Below are positions 38,150 to 47,920 of a DNA stretch of 64,000 nt, in pieces. Under the pieces are notes generated by a model. The model was given only the letters and a program-made list of their open reading frames with translations. It ran no database searches and had not been told where the DNA came from. The first letter of the stretch is position 1; the number at the start of each line of letters is the position of its first letter. The stretch comes from Candidatus Cloacimonadales bacterium (GTDB lineage: Bacteria > Cloacimonadota > Cloacimonadia > Cloacimonadales > JAIOQZ01), in contig OY762463.1 in NCBI GenBank assembly GCA_963665815.1, positions 1,184,001 through 1,248,000 on the forward strand. The letters run 5' to 3'. Position numbers and translations under genes: made by a program.

Positions 38150-38168
38150 GTAAAAAACAGATGGAGGA

Positions 38169-38543
38169 ATGATGAAAGCAATCCATGTTTCCAATGCACC
38201 AAATGCTATAGGTCCATATTCACAAGCAGTTTGTCACAAAGGAATGATGTTTGTATCCGGACAAATTGGTATTGATCCTAAATACAATAAACTTGAAGAA
38301 GGATTCGAAAGTCAGGTGGAAATGATTTTTTCAAATTTATCAAAGATTCTGGAGGCAAATTCGCTTTCATTAATTGATATTGTGAAAGTGTCCGTATTTA
38401 TTAAAGACCTTAGTAAATTTTCAATTCTGAATGAAATCTACGCTAAGTACATACATGAACCCTATCCTGCCAGAGAAGTAATAGAAGTCAGTCGTCTGCC
38501 TATGGATGCAGATGTAGAAATTTCTGTAATAGCAATGGGATAG
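38169..38543 (+). CDS. ridA: RidA/YjgF enamine deaminase
   Basis: APNAIGPYSQAV, VSGQI, PYPAR, LPMDADVEI. Confidence 0.93.
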   Translation: MMKAIHVSNAPNAIGPYSQAVCHKGMMFVSGQIGIDPKYNKLEEGFESQVEMIFSNLSKILEANSLSLIDIVKVSVFIKDLSKFSILNEIYAKYIHEPYPAREVIEVSRLPMDADVEISVIAMG

Positions 38544-38585
38544 AAACATACATAATTTTTTTTAACCCACATAAATACTCTGCTC

Positions 38586-38615
38586 AAGGGAAGCTTACAG
38601 GCTTCCCTTTCTCTT
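38586..38615 (+). terminator. Intrinsic terminator after ridA
   Basis: AAGGGAAGC/GCTTCCCTT followed by TCTCTT. Confidence 0.7.
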
Positions 38616-38778
38616 GTCCTCTTACTGTTTACATAATAAGAAACATGAACAATCAAGAAATCATTTGACTATTCTTTTTCAAAAACACTGATGGTTCTAT
38701 AATTATTTATGGAGTAATAGTTGCAACTGAGCAAAATGCAGATACATAAAAATCATCATTATACGGAGAATACTGAAA

Positions 38779-40227
38779 GTGCTGTTTAACTCTCTGGATT
38801 TCGGTATATTTCTCCCTGTAGTATTCATATTATACTGGTTTGTTTTTAACAAAAACCTTAGACTTCAGAATACTCTGATTGTAGTATCAAGCTACATATT
38901 TTACGGATGGTGGGACTGGAGATTTACATCTCTGATTTTGTTCAGTACAGTTGTTGATTATTTTGTGGGTTTACGTCTCAGAAACGAGAAAAGTACAGCA
39001 AAAAGGAAATTCCTACTTCTAACATCTATCATCATTAACCTTGGATTCCTCGGAATCTTCAAATATTATAATTTCTTTGCAGAAAACTTTGTGCAGGCTT
39101 TCACTCTACTGGGATTCAGCATAAAAAAAAGCTCTTTGAATATTATTCTACCAGTAGGAATCAGTTTCTATACATTTCAAACCCTCAGCTACACTATTGA
39201 TGTTTACAGAAAAAAACTAGAACCTACATCAGACTTTGTAGCATTTTCTGCATTTGTCAGCTTTTTCCCCCAACTCGTAGCCGGACCTATTGAAAGAGCC
39301 TCTCATCTTCTCCCTCAATTCTACAGAGAAAGAAAATTCTCGTATTATGAATCGGTAATAGGAATGAGACAGATTTTGTGGGGGCTTGTAAAAAAAATCG
39401 TTATCGCAGATAACTGCTCGGATCTGGCAAATTTCTGCTTTAATAATTCAGCAGACCTTCCGGGATCAACCTTGCTTCTCGGTTCAATCTTTTTTGCATT
39501 CCAGATTTTCGGAGACTTCTCAGGATATTCGGATATTGCCATAGGTACTGCCCGTTTATTCGGTTTTAAACTTATGAGAAACTTTGCATATCCTTATTTT
39601 TCAAGAGATATTTCAGAGTTCTGGCGAAGATGGCATATATCTCTTTCATCCTGGTTCAGAGACTATATATATATCCCTCTTGGTGGTAGCAGAATATCAA
39701 TGGCAGGAAAAATAAGAAATACGTTTATCATCTTTCTCGTCAGTGGATTCTGGCATGGTGCAAACTGGACTTTTATCATGTGGGGAGCGGTAAATGCTCT
39801 ATATTTCATGCCCCTGATGCTTTCCAGCCGAAACAGAAAATATATGGGTATTGTTGCTGAGGGAAAGCTGTTTCCGACATTTGGAGAAGCCTTCAGTATA
39901 ATATCAACATTCCTGCTGACCTGTCTTGCCTGGATTTTTTTCAGAGCGGAAAACCTCTCACATGCTTTCAGGTATCTGAGAGAGATTTTTTCTCCTTCAA
40001 TAATAATCAGACCCGTATTTAAAGGAATATCAAATGCAGGACTCGCCTTTGTACTTGTTGTAGTTTTTATCATAGTAGAATGGCTGGGAAGAGAAAACAG
40101 CTTTGCAATTGAAAAGTTGTTTGAAGAGAAACACCCGGTATTCAGATTTTTAATTTACTATATTCTTATTGCAGTAATCATCTGGACAGGTGGTTCACAG
40201 CAGGAATTCATTTATTTTCAGTTTTGA
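38779..40227 (+). CDS. MBOAT O-acyltransferase (AlgI/PatA/DltB family)
   Basis: LPVGISFYTFQ, FFPQLVAGPIER, DFSGYSDIA, FWRRWHISLS, GFWHGA, FIYFQF. Confidence 0.95.
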   Translation: MLFNSLDFGIFLPVVFILYWFVFNKNLRLQNTLIVVSSYIFYGWWDWRFTSLILFSTVVDYFVGLRLRNEKSTAKRKFLLLTSIIINLGFLGIFKYYNFFAENFVQAFTLLGFSIKKSSLNIILPVGISFYTFQTLSYTIDVYRKKLEPTSDFVAFSAFVSFFPQLVAGPIERASHLLPQFYRERKFSYYESVIGMRQILWGLVKKIVIADNCSDLANFCFNNSADLPGSTLLLGSIFFAFQIFGDFSGYSDIAIGTARLFGFKLMRNFAYPYFSRDISEFWRRWHISLSSWFRDYIYIPLGGSRISMAGKIRNTFIIFLVSGFWHGANWTFIMWGAVNALYFMPLMLSSRNRKYMGIVAEGKLFPTFGEAFSIISTFLLTCLAWIFFRAENLSHAFRYLREIFSPSIIIRPVFKGISNAGLAFVLVVVFIIVEWLGRENSFAIEKLFEEKHPVFRFLIYYILIAVIIWTGGSQQEFIYFQF

Positions 40228-41087
40228 TTATGAAGAAATTTTTCAGCAGACTTCTAATATTCCTTATTCCGATAATGCTTTTCATCATCGGAACACTTCT
40301 ATTTTATTACATGAGAAGACAAAGTGTTATCAAAGAAGCAGACAAAATTGCTCAGTATAGTATTGTTATCATGGGAGATTCCCAGATGCAGCGTCTGAAA
40401 TCGAACTTATTCCCGGATTGTTATAATTTTGCCGGTTCCGGTGAGCACTACTATTTCACTTACCAGAAACTGAATACTCTCCTGAAAAACAAAAATCATA
40501 GTATAAAAAAAATATTCCTTAATTGCGGTCCCCACGAATTCTCTCCAGCATACAGCAGAAAACTGGAATTCTCAGGCAATATGGGCAAAGCTGATTTGAA
40601 AAAACATCTCTATTTCATCAGCAGTTTCGATAACAACATATTGCATGTAAAAGATCTGGTGAGTTTCAAGATTATTGCCGATATATATTCAAAACCTGAC
40701 TGGGGTGGTGATTATTCTTCTACAGCTTCGAATCCGGATTCTTCAATAATTCACGCAATTTATAGAAAGCACTTTGACCGAAGTGAAAGAGAGCCTGAGT
40801 TTGCTGAAAAGCAGATTATATATCTTAAGAAAATCGTGTCTTTATGCCTTGACAGCAATATTGAACTGGTATTGATTTCCATGCCGTACCATTCAGATTA
40901 TTATGACATGATAGATCAGAAATATCTTCAATATTATAAGGATGTTATTAATAATGTGAATCAGGTTGAACTCATTAATCTGATGAATGCAGTTCCCGAT
41001 CCATCTTTGATGTCCGACGCAACTCACTTGAACGATGATGGAGTGGAGAAGATTGTGGATGAATACCTACTGAAAGAGGCAAAATAA
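40224..41087 (+). CDS. SGNH-fold partner of the MBOAT (AlgJ/DltD-like)
   Basis: N-terminal TM; MGDS and DATHLN motifs; overlaps the MBOAT stop. Confidence 0.75.
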   Translation: MIMKKFFSRLLIFLIPIMLFIIGTLLFYYMRRQSVIKEADKIAQYSIVIMGDSQMQRLKSNLFPDCYNFAGSGEHYYFTYQKLNTLLKNKNHSIKKIFLNCGPHEFSPAYSRKLEFSGNMGKADLKKHLYFISSFDNNILHVKDLVSFKIIADIYSKPDWGGDYSSTASNPDSSIIHAIYRKHFDRSEREPEFAEKQIIYLKKIVSLCLDSNIELVLISMPYHSDYYDMIDQKYLQYYKDVINNVNQVELINLMNAVPDPSLMSDATHLNDDGVEKIVDEYLLKEAK

Positions 41088-41185
41088 TTCTCTGCTTCAG
41101 TTTCTATATACAAGAAAATTTTTCCTCACTTACATGATATTTTCGGATAATTCTCACTAATAAGACCATATCAGCATAAAATCTT

Positions 41186-41201
41186 TGGCATTGGTATTGC
41201 A
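41186..41201 (+). promoter_or_regulatory. Sigma54 promoter of flgB
   Basis: TGGCATTGGTATTGCA, GG-N10-GC. Confidence 0.85.
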
Positions 41202-41223
41202 TATATAAATGTCGGAGGTTTCA

Positions 41224-41637
41224 ATGGTAACTGATATATTATTCGGTCGAAACAGTATTCCTGACATGGAAAAAGCACTTGATGCCTATTCAATGCGTCA
41301 GAAAGTAATAGCAAACAACATTGCTAACGTTAATACACCTTGTTTTAAGGCAAAACGTGTAGCATTTGAAGAAGAGTATGCTAAGCATCTCAAGAAAGCT
41401 TCCATAGGTTCTAAAACTACAGATTCATCACATATTCCACTTGGTATGCGCACTCTTGATAAAGTAACTCCAAGGGTTGAGGATGCTGCTACTTCAATGA
41501 ATGACAGTGGAATAAACAATGTAGATATCGATAAAGAAATGGCAGAACTCGCCAAAAATAATATTCGTTATGAAATGACAATTAATCTGCTGAAAAAGCG
41601 ATTCAAAAACCTTCAATCCAGTATAAAAGGCAGATAA
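41224..41637 (+). CDS. flgB: Flagellar basal-body rod protein
   Basis: RQKVIANNIANVNTP, NNVDIDKEM; GGAGG RBS before ATG 41224. Confidence 0.95.
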   Translation: MVTDILFGRNSIPDMEKALDAYSMRQKVIANNIANVNTPCFKAKRVAFEEEYAKHLKKASIGSKTTDSSHIPLGMRTLDKVTPRVEDAATSMNDSGINNVDIDKEMAELAKNNIRYEMTINLLKKRFKNLQSSIKGR

Positions 41638-41648
41638 GGAAGTAAATT

Positions 41649-42146
41649 ATGATATCATCACTTTTTAACGCAATAGATATAGCCTCTTCCGGTATAGCTG
41701 TACAACGCACAAGAGTTAATACAATTTCTGAGAATATTGCTAATGCACAAACTACAAAAACCGATGATGGTTCACCATACAGAAGAAAAATCCCTGTTAT
41801 TCAGACAGGTGATCCAAATATGAAGTTTTCTGATATTTTCCATAAGAATCAGTTAAAAATGGAGCAGACAGAAAATACTCATATGGAAGACAAACCTTTT
41901 AAAGACCTTAAAAAATGTAATCTGACAGGTGTACATGTATCTGAAGTTGTCGAAGATCAATCACCTTATAAAATGGTGTATGACCCACATCATCCGGACG
42001 CAGATGACAAAGGTTATGTTGCAATGCCTAATGTAAACATTGTTCAGGAGATGACAGATCTGATTTCTGCAACAAGAACTTTCGAAGCAAATGTAACAAC
42101 CCTTAACAGCAGTAAGGACATGATTAGAAAAGCCCTTAAGATATAG
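41649..42146 (+). CDS. flgC: Flagellar basal-body rod protein
   Basis: SENIANAQTT, PYRRK, YDPHHPDAD.KGYVAMPNVN. Confidence 0.96.
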   Translation: MISSLFNAIDIASSGIAVQRTRVNTISENIANAQTTKTDDGSPYRRKIPVIQTGDPNMKFSDIFHKNQLKMEQTENTHMEDKPFKDLKKCNLTGVHVSEVVEDQSPYKMVYDPHHPDADDKGYVAMPNVNIVQEMTDLISATRTFEANVTTLNSSKDMIRKALKI

Positions 42147-42163
42147 GCTTATAAGAGGTTATA

Positions 42164-42469
42164 ATGGCTTTAAGAATATCAAATCACAATATTACAGCTA
42201 ATGATCTGTTGAAAGATTCCGCTCTCCAGAGATATGGGAAAATATCTCCGGAACAGAATAATAAAAAAAAGGTTGAAAATAATTCACCTTCAATAAATAA
42301 TTTACCAATAGTTAAATCAAGCGAATTGAGAACGTATATTTCAGCTGATGAGAGACACGTGCTGAATGAGATTTTTGGTAAAGATCCCAGAGCTGACCGA
42401 CCTGAAGGATTTGTTATGAAACAGGATCCTGCTTCCATGAAAGGTCTTCACATTGATATTCAGTATTAA
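42164..42469 (+). CDS. Small hypothetical protein within the flagellar operon
   Basis: AGAGG RBS; tight spacing; ends KGLHIDIQY. Confidence 0.7.
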   Translation: MALRISNHNITANDLLKDSALQRYGKISPEQNNKKKVENNSPSINNLPIVKSSELRTYISADERHVLNEIFGKDPRADRPEGFVMKQDPASMKGLHIDIQY

Positions 42470-42493
42470 ACTGATGAGGAATTTTACCGATAA
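42467..42493 (+). promoter_or_regulatory. Sigma28 (FliA)-type promoter before fliE
   Basis: TAAA-N15-ACCGATAA versus consensus TAAA-N15-GCCGATAA. Confidence 0.65.
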
Positions 42494-42510
42494 TAAGGTA
42501 AGGAGTTAAT

Positions 42511-42822
42511 ATGTCTGACCCAAGAATTACAGCTATTCAGCAAATGAATCAATTGAAAGACATTGCGAAAAGTAAAGATAGCATACAGCAGAAAAAACCC
42601 GAAGTATCCTTTAAGGATATGATGAAGCAATATCTTAATGAAGCTAATGAACAGCAGCTTGAAGCAGATGAAAACATACAGAAGATAATTGCAGGTGAAG
42701 ATGTTGATCCTCATGACGTAATGATTGCTGCTGAAAAAGCAAACCTCAGTTTTGATTTAATTATGGAAATCAGAAACAAGATGCTGGAAGCATACAAAGA
42801 AGTTATCAAATCACCTGTTTAA
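42511..42822 (+). CDS. fliE: Flagellar hook-basal body protein
   Basis: HDVMIAAEKA...EIRNKMLEAYKE. Confidence 0.95.
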   Translation: MSDPRITAIQQMNQLKDIAKSKDSIQQKKPEVSFKDMMKQYLNEANEQQLEADENIQKIIAGEDVDPHDVMIAAEKANLSFDLIMEIRNKMLEAYKEVIKSPV

Positions 42823-42870
42823 TAAACATAAATGATTTACTTAATTTTCCGGTAATCTGAGAAAGAGAAT

Positions 42871-44463
42871 ATGCAGGATTTTATACAAGACTTTCGAGCA
42901 AAAATTGCTGAGATTTACGGCAGACTTGAGACCAGACAAAAAATTGTCCTTGGTGTACTGTTAATCGCCAGTTTCGCAGTTTTTATCTGGCTTATAAGCT
43001 GGAGTACAAAAGAAGAATATTCCCTTCTTTTTGGTAATATGGACCCTAAAGAAGCGAATGAAGCAATTAAGAAATTAGACGAACTGAATATTAAATACAA
43101 ACTGAGCAATGCTGGAAAATCAATACTGATACCTAAAGAGCTTGTATACTCAACCAGAATAAAACTCAGTTCGGAAGGAATTGCCAGCCAGACCGGAGTT
43201 GGATTCGAGATATTCGATAAACCTAATCTTGGAACAACAGAAGCTGTTCAGAAGCTTAACAGACAAAGAGCTCTTGAAGGTGAACTCCAGAGAACAATCA
43301 TGGCGATTGACGGAGTTGAATTTGTAAGAGTACACCTGCAGCTTCCGGAAGAAAAACTGTTTCAGGAAGATCAACAGGAGCCATCCGCTTCTGTTTTGAT
43401 TCAATCTAAAGGCAAACTTAATCAGAGACAGGTAGAGGGTATTACAAACCTTATAGCTTCTGCTGTGGAAGGTCTTGAAGTATCAGCTATTACAGTTACA
43501 GACAGAAATGGGAACATCCTCACAGAAAACTATGATGATTCTGTTTCAGGGTTATCCAGTTATCAGCTTAAACTCCAGAGACAGGTTGAAACAGATCTTA
43601 AGCATAAAGTTCAAACTATGATGGATAAACTCGTTGAACCTGGTAACTCAGAAATTAGAGTTTCTGCCGAATTGAACTTTGACAAAATAGAATCAACCAT
43701 GGAGAAATATGATCCGGACAGTAAAGTCACCAGATCTGAAGAAATCGAGAATGTTACTTCTGAAATGGCAGCAGACAGTATTTCCGAATCATCCGAACAT
43801 TTAATAACAAACTATGAAATCAACAGGACTGTTCAACATGTATTCAATTCTGTTGGAAATATAAAAAGACTTTCAGTCTCAGTTACAGTTAATCACAGAA
43901 TCGATTATAAAATTGTCGATGGTAAAGAGGTAAAAGAATATACTGAAAGAACAACTGAAGACCTTGAACAGATTGAATCTCTCGTAAGAACTGCTGTAGG
44001 ATTCTCAGCAGAACGAGGAGATGCAATTGTAGTAAACTCCCGTAGATTCGAAACAGCAAATTATGATAAGTGGAAAAGAGAGCAAAGCCAGGTTGAGACA
44101 AGAGGTGTAATGATGAAGATGGTTGAAACAGGAGTCATTCTTCTCATACTTGTGATACTTATTTTCACTCTTATCAGTCAGTTCAGAAAAGTATTCGCAC
44201 AACCTGCCGAAGCAGAAGAAAGCTCACTTCGACCAGTACTTGCACATGGAGATATTGATCAGGAAGGTTTCTATCCAGAAGGTGAAGAAGGCCTTCCAAT
44301 GGGCGAAGGTAAAATTTCATATACATTCAAGCCTATGAAAGACATTGAAATTGAACAGACAGAAACAATGGCTCTTCAAGAAGCAGTAAAAACCTTTATT
44401 CTGGAAAATCCGGAGACTGCAGTTAAACTGATTAAGAGCTGGATACTGGAAAGGAAATTTTAG
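42871..44463 (+). CDS. fliF: Flagellar MS-ring protein
   Basis: GFEIFD, RALEGELQRTI, ARVH-like VRVHL, PSASV, IKRLSVSV, ENPE...IKSW. Confidence 0.96.
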   Translation: MQDFIQDFRAKIAEIYGRLETRQKIVLGVLLIASFAVFIWLISWSTKEEYSLLFGNMDPKEANEAIKKLDELNIKYKLSNAGKSILIPKELVYSTRIKLSSEGIASQTGVGFEIFDKPNLGTTEAVQKLNRQRALEGELQRTIMAIDGVEFVRVHLQLPEEKLFQEDQQEPSASVLIQSKGKLNQRQVEGITNLIASAVEGLEVSAITVTDRNGNILTENYDDSVSGLSSYQLKLQRQVETDLKHKVQTMMDKLVEPGNSEIRVSAELNFDKIESTMEKYDPDSKVTRSEEIENVTSEMAADSISESSEHLITNYEINRTVQHVFNSVGNIKRLSVSVTVNHRIDYKIVDGKEVKEYTERTTEDLEQIESLVRTAVGFSAERGDAIVVNSRRFETANYDKWKREQSQVETRGVMMKMVETGVILLILVILIFTLISQFRKVFAQPAEAEESSLRPVLAHGDIDQEGFYPEGEEGLPMGEGKISYTFKPMKDIEIEQTETMALQEAVKTFILENPETAVKLIKSWILERKF

Positions 44464-44475
44464 ATTACCAATAAT

Positions 44476-45144
44476 ATGAGTAACTTTACATTAAAATCAC
44501 CTGTGCCTATTCGCAAAGCTGCACTCAGTTATGAAAATGGAGATAATCAGGATAAGAAAATCATGAATAACGATATACTAGATCATCTTCTGGAACAAAG
44601 AGAAAGAAAACTGAGACAGCAATACGAGTCCATACTGAAGCAGGAAACTGATAAAGCTTATCATAGAGGTTTCAATGATGGTAAGGATCAATCTCAAATT
44701 GTTTTGAATCAACAACTTCAACCCATACAAGACTTCGCAGCAAGAATTACTGAACAATTCAGGAATGAACTTGATTCCTTTTATGAAAAAGAGGAACAGC
44801 AAATTCTGGAGCTTATTCTGCATATTGCCCGTAAAGTTATACATACTGAAGTTTCATTAAATCCGGAAATTGTTCTGCATATTTTAAGATCAAGTCTTAA
44901 ACTGCTAAGCGACAGAAGAAACATTGTTATAAATGTGAATTCTGCTGAATGGTCAATTATAAAAGAAAACATGGAATCACTGGGACATGAATTTGATATT
45001 CCCGCTGATACTGAGATCAGAGGTACACAACACCTTGAAAAAGGAAGTGTCAGGATTGATACTGAATCAGGAACAATTGATTCCCGGATTTCTACTCAAA
45101 TTGACGAAATAACCAGAAAAATTCTGAAAGAATATAAAATCTGA
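44476..45144 (+). CDS. fliH: Flagellar export protein FliH
   Basis: AYHRGFNDG repeat, IARKVI, GSVRIDTESGTIDSRI. Confidence 0.85.
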   Translation: MSNFTLKSPVPIRKAALSYENGDNQDKKIMNNDILDHLLEQRERKLRQQYESILKQETDKAYHRGFNDGKDQSQIVLNQQLQPIQDFAARITEQFRNELDSFYEKEEQQILELILHIARKVIHTEVSLNPEIVLHILRSSLKLLSDRRNIVINVNSAEWSIIKENMESLGHEFDIPADTEIRGTQHLEKGSVRIDTESGTIDSRISTQIDEITRKILKEYKI

Positions 45145-45145
45145 A

Positions 45146-46459
45146 ATGTCTGTCCCAATTAACTTCTCAAAATATCATCAAATAATAGATAATGTGAATC
45201 CAATTAAGCAAAACGGTACTGTTTCACAAATTATCGGACTGATAGTAGAATCAATCGGACCTGCCGCCTCAATAGGAGATATCTGCTATATACACTCCAA
45301 TGATGGCAGAAAGCACATGACAGAGGTTGTAGGTTTCAAGAAAAACAAGACCTTGCTGATGCCCCTCAAAGAGCTATATGGTATTGCTCCCGGAAATCAG
45401 GTATCAACATTCAGAGAACCGTTTTCTGTTGCTACAGGGGATGAGCTTCTTGGAAGAGTGATCGATGGCCTGGGAAACCCTATAGACAGTGGTCCGGAAC
45501 TTAAACTGAAAGAACGTCGTTCCGTTTTCAGTCCTCCACCGAATCCACTTACAAGACAAAGGATAACTGAACCGCTTCAGCTCGGCATAAGATCAATTGA
45601 CGCATTGTTGACATGTGGAAAAGGTCAGAGAACAGGTATTTTTGCCGGCTCGGGTGTTGGTAAATCTGTTCTTCTCGGCATGATTGCCCGTAACACAAAA
45701 GCAGATATCAATGTTATTGCTCTGATTGGTGAGCGGGGACGTGAAGTAAGAGACTTTATTGAAAGCGATCTTGGAGAAGAAGGACTTAAACGATCAGTTG
45801 TTATTGTTGCAACATCAGATCAGGCTGCTCTTACAAGAGTCAAGGGAGCATTAGTAGCTACGACAATAGCCGAGTATTTCAGAGATAAAGGACTGAATGT
45901 TCTACTGATGATGGACTCCGTTACACGATATGCCATGGCACTAAGAGAAATAGGACTGGCAGTCGGTGAACCTCCAACAACAAAAGGATATACTCCATCT
46001 GTGTTTGCAAATCTCCCAAAACTGCTTGAGCGAGCTGGTACATCCGCAACAGGGACAATAACAGGGCTTTATACTGTGCTGGTAGAAGGTGGAGACATGG
46101 ATGAACCGATTGCCGATGCAGTACGTTCCATCCTTGACGGGCACATTCTGTTATCTCGTAAACTGGCATCAAAAGGACATTATCCGGCTGTAGAAATACT
46201 TGGATCAATATCTCGTGTGATGAATAGTGTCATTGAAAACGAACAGAAAACTGCAGCCCAGAAAATTATTGAGATAATGGCAACATATAAAGAAGCTGAA
46301 GATATCATCAATATTGGAGCATATTCATCAGGTTCCAACCCTAATATTGATTATGCTATTTCAAAAATAGAAAAAGTTAATAGATTTCTTAAGCAGCAGA
46401 TTGAAGAGAAGTCAGATTTTCAGACAACTCTTGATCAGCTAAAAGCAATAATAAAATAA
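45146..46459 (+). CDS. fliI: Flagellar export ATPase
   Basis: GIFAGSGVGKS, ALIGERGREV, MDSVTRYAMALREIGL..GEPP. Confidence 0.96.
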   Translation: MSVPINFSKYHQIIDNVNPIKQNGTVSQIIGLIVESIGPAASIGDICYIHSNDGRKHMTEVVGFKKNKTLLMPLKELYGIAPGNQVSTFREPFSVATGDELLGRVIDGLGNPIDSGPELKLKERRSVFSPPPNPLTRQRITEPLQLGIRSIDALLTCGKGQRTGIFAGSGVGKSVLLGMIARNTKADINVIALIGERGREVRDFIESDLGEEGLKRSVVIVATSDQAALTRVKGALVATTIAEYFRDKGLNVLLMMDSVTRYAMALREIGLAVGEPPTTKGYTPSVFANLPKLLERAGTSATGTITGLYTVLVEGGDMDEPIADAVRSILDGHILLSRKLASKGHYPAVEILGSISRVMNSVIENEQKTAAQKIIEIMATYKEAEDIINIGAYSSGSNPNIDYAISKIEKVNRFLKQQIEEKSDFQTTLDQLKAIIK

Positions 46460-46477
46460 ATTTTTATCAGGCAGACT

Positions 46478-47905
46478 ATGAAAAAATTCTTTATACTATT
46501 ACTACTCTTATATTTAACCATGCAATCATTTGCGTTGAACAACAATATTGCTAATCAATTTATCCAGAATTTAATTGATAACAAAAATAATTCAAAGTAT
46601 ATCGACAAATCTGTTCTTGAAAAGAGTTCTCGTCTTGGTATAAGATACCGGGATAACCCTAACAAATGCCTTATAGGTTATGATATTGAACCTGATGTTA
46701 AGGAACAACTCAAGAGAAAGAAACTCAACTACTCATACTGCATTACGGATATAGATTCTATTCATTCAAAACTTAACCTGACAATAACGGGAATAGATGC
46801 TGTTAAAACTTTTTACTTCAGAAATAATAAGTTTATATTCCCGCAGATGTATATTGCTCAAGAATGGACGAATCAAACTTCAGAGTATTTTAAGTTCAGT
46901 ATATATGAGCCTGAATATTTTAATGCTTATTCAAGAGCCAAACTGGATGAATTCGTAAACAGTCTGATTGAGATTTTCGATGTAGACTCGATAAAAGTCA
47001 ATAAATTGAAAGAGGAAAAAATAGATTACATCCTCTGTAGGGACAGTGATCAGATAGAAAAAATCACAGGGTATCCGGCAAGAGGTCAGTTTCTTATAGC
47101 TTCCGATGCCATAATTACCAGTTATAACTGTCACTACCATGAAATAGTACATTTCTTCATCAATTATGTGCTTGAGGAAAACAACCTGTATACTAATCCA
47201 TTCATTCTTGAAGGTCTTGCAGTAGCTCTGGGTGGAAGAGGAGGAAAAATCCCTGATGTTATTCTGGACATGGGCTATTACTTACAGAAGAAAGGGTTTT
47301 TGAACTATAAAGAAATTCAAACATTTAAGGGATTCTATGACAATAATGCATCTCTTTCATATCCTTTAGCCGGGCTGTATGTTAAATTCCTGCTGGAGCA
47401 CTTATCATTAGATGACTTTTTGAAACTATACAGAACCTCAGGGGCATCTCGATATAACTTAACAAAGTTGAATGTGAAACTGTTACCTGATGAAGCAGAA
47501 TGGACAGATTTCCTCGGTAAATACACTCAATACAGTAAAATTGAGCCTCATGATCCTGAAAACAATATCAAATCAAGTAAAACAGATACACTGATAATTA
47601 CAGATAATCAGGATTATTACTATTTCTGGGCTAAAAACAGCATAAACCTTTTTGGAGAATCTACAGGTAATGCAAAGAGTCGTTTGATAGATCAGGATTT
47701 TCCTGATCAAATCTATAATGGAGAAAATTACCTGCTGAAGATATTTGACAGTGAAATAAGTATTTATGATCTAAACACAAACAATCTGATAGCAAACTAT
47801 GTGAACAGCTTTGACACAACAGCAAAAGCAGTGTTCAATATTAATGGCTGGTACACATTCAAAGTTAAAAAATCCGTTCTCTCCAATATTAAACTCAATC
47901 AATAA
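46478..47905 (+). CDS. Exported putative zinc metallopeptidase (gluzincin, MA clan)
   Basis: Signal peptide; HEIVH followed by EGLA and a downstream Tyr (SYPLAG). Confidence 0.6.
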   Translation: MKKFFILLLLLYLTMQSFALNNNIANQFIQNLIDNKNNSKYIDKSVLEKSSRLGIRYRDNPNKCLIGYDIEPDVKEQLKRKKLNYSYCITDIDSIHSKLNLTITGIDAVKTFYFRNNKFIFPQMYIAQEWTNQTSEYFKFSIYEPEYFNAYSRAKLDEFVNSLIEIFDVDSIKVNKLKEEKIDYILCRDSDQIEKITGYPARGQFLIASDAIITSYNCHYHEIVHFFINYVLEENNLYTNPFILEGLAVALGGRGGKIPDVILDMGYYLQKKGFLNYKEIQTFKGFYDNNASLSYPLAGLYVKFLLEHLSLDDFLKLYRTSGASRYNLTKLNVKLLPDEAEWTDFLGKYTQYSKIEPHDPENNIKSSKTDTLIITDNQDYYYFWAKNSINLFGESTGNAKSRLIDQDFPDQIYNGENYLLKIFDSEISIYDLNTNNLIANYVNSFDTTAKAVFNINGWYTFKVKKSVLSNIKLNQ

Positions 47906-47920
47906 TCACTGGATTACACA

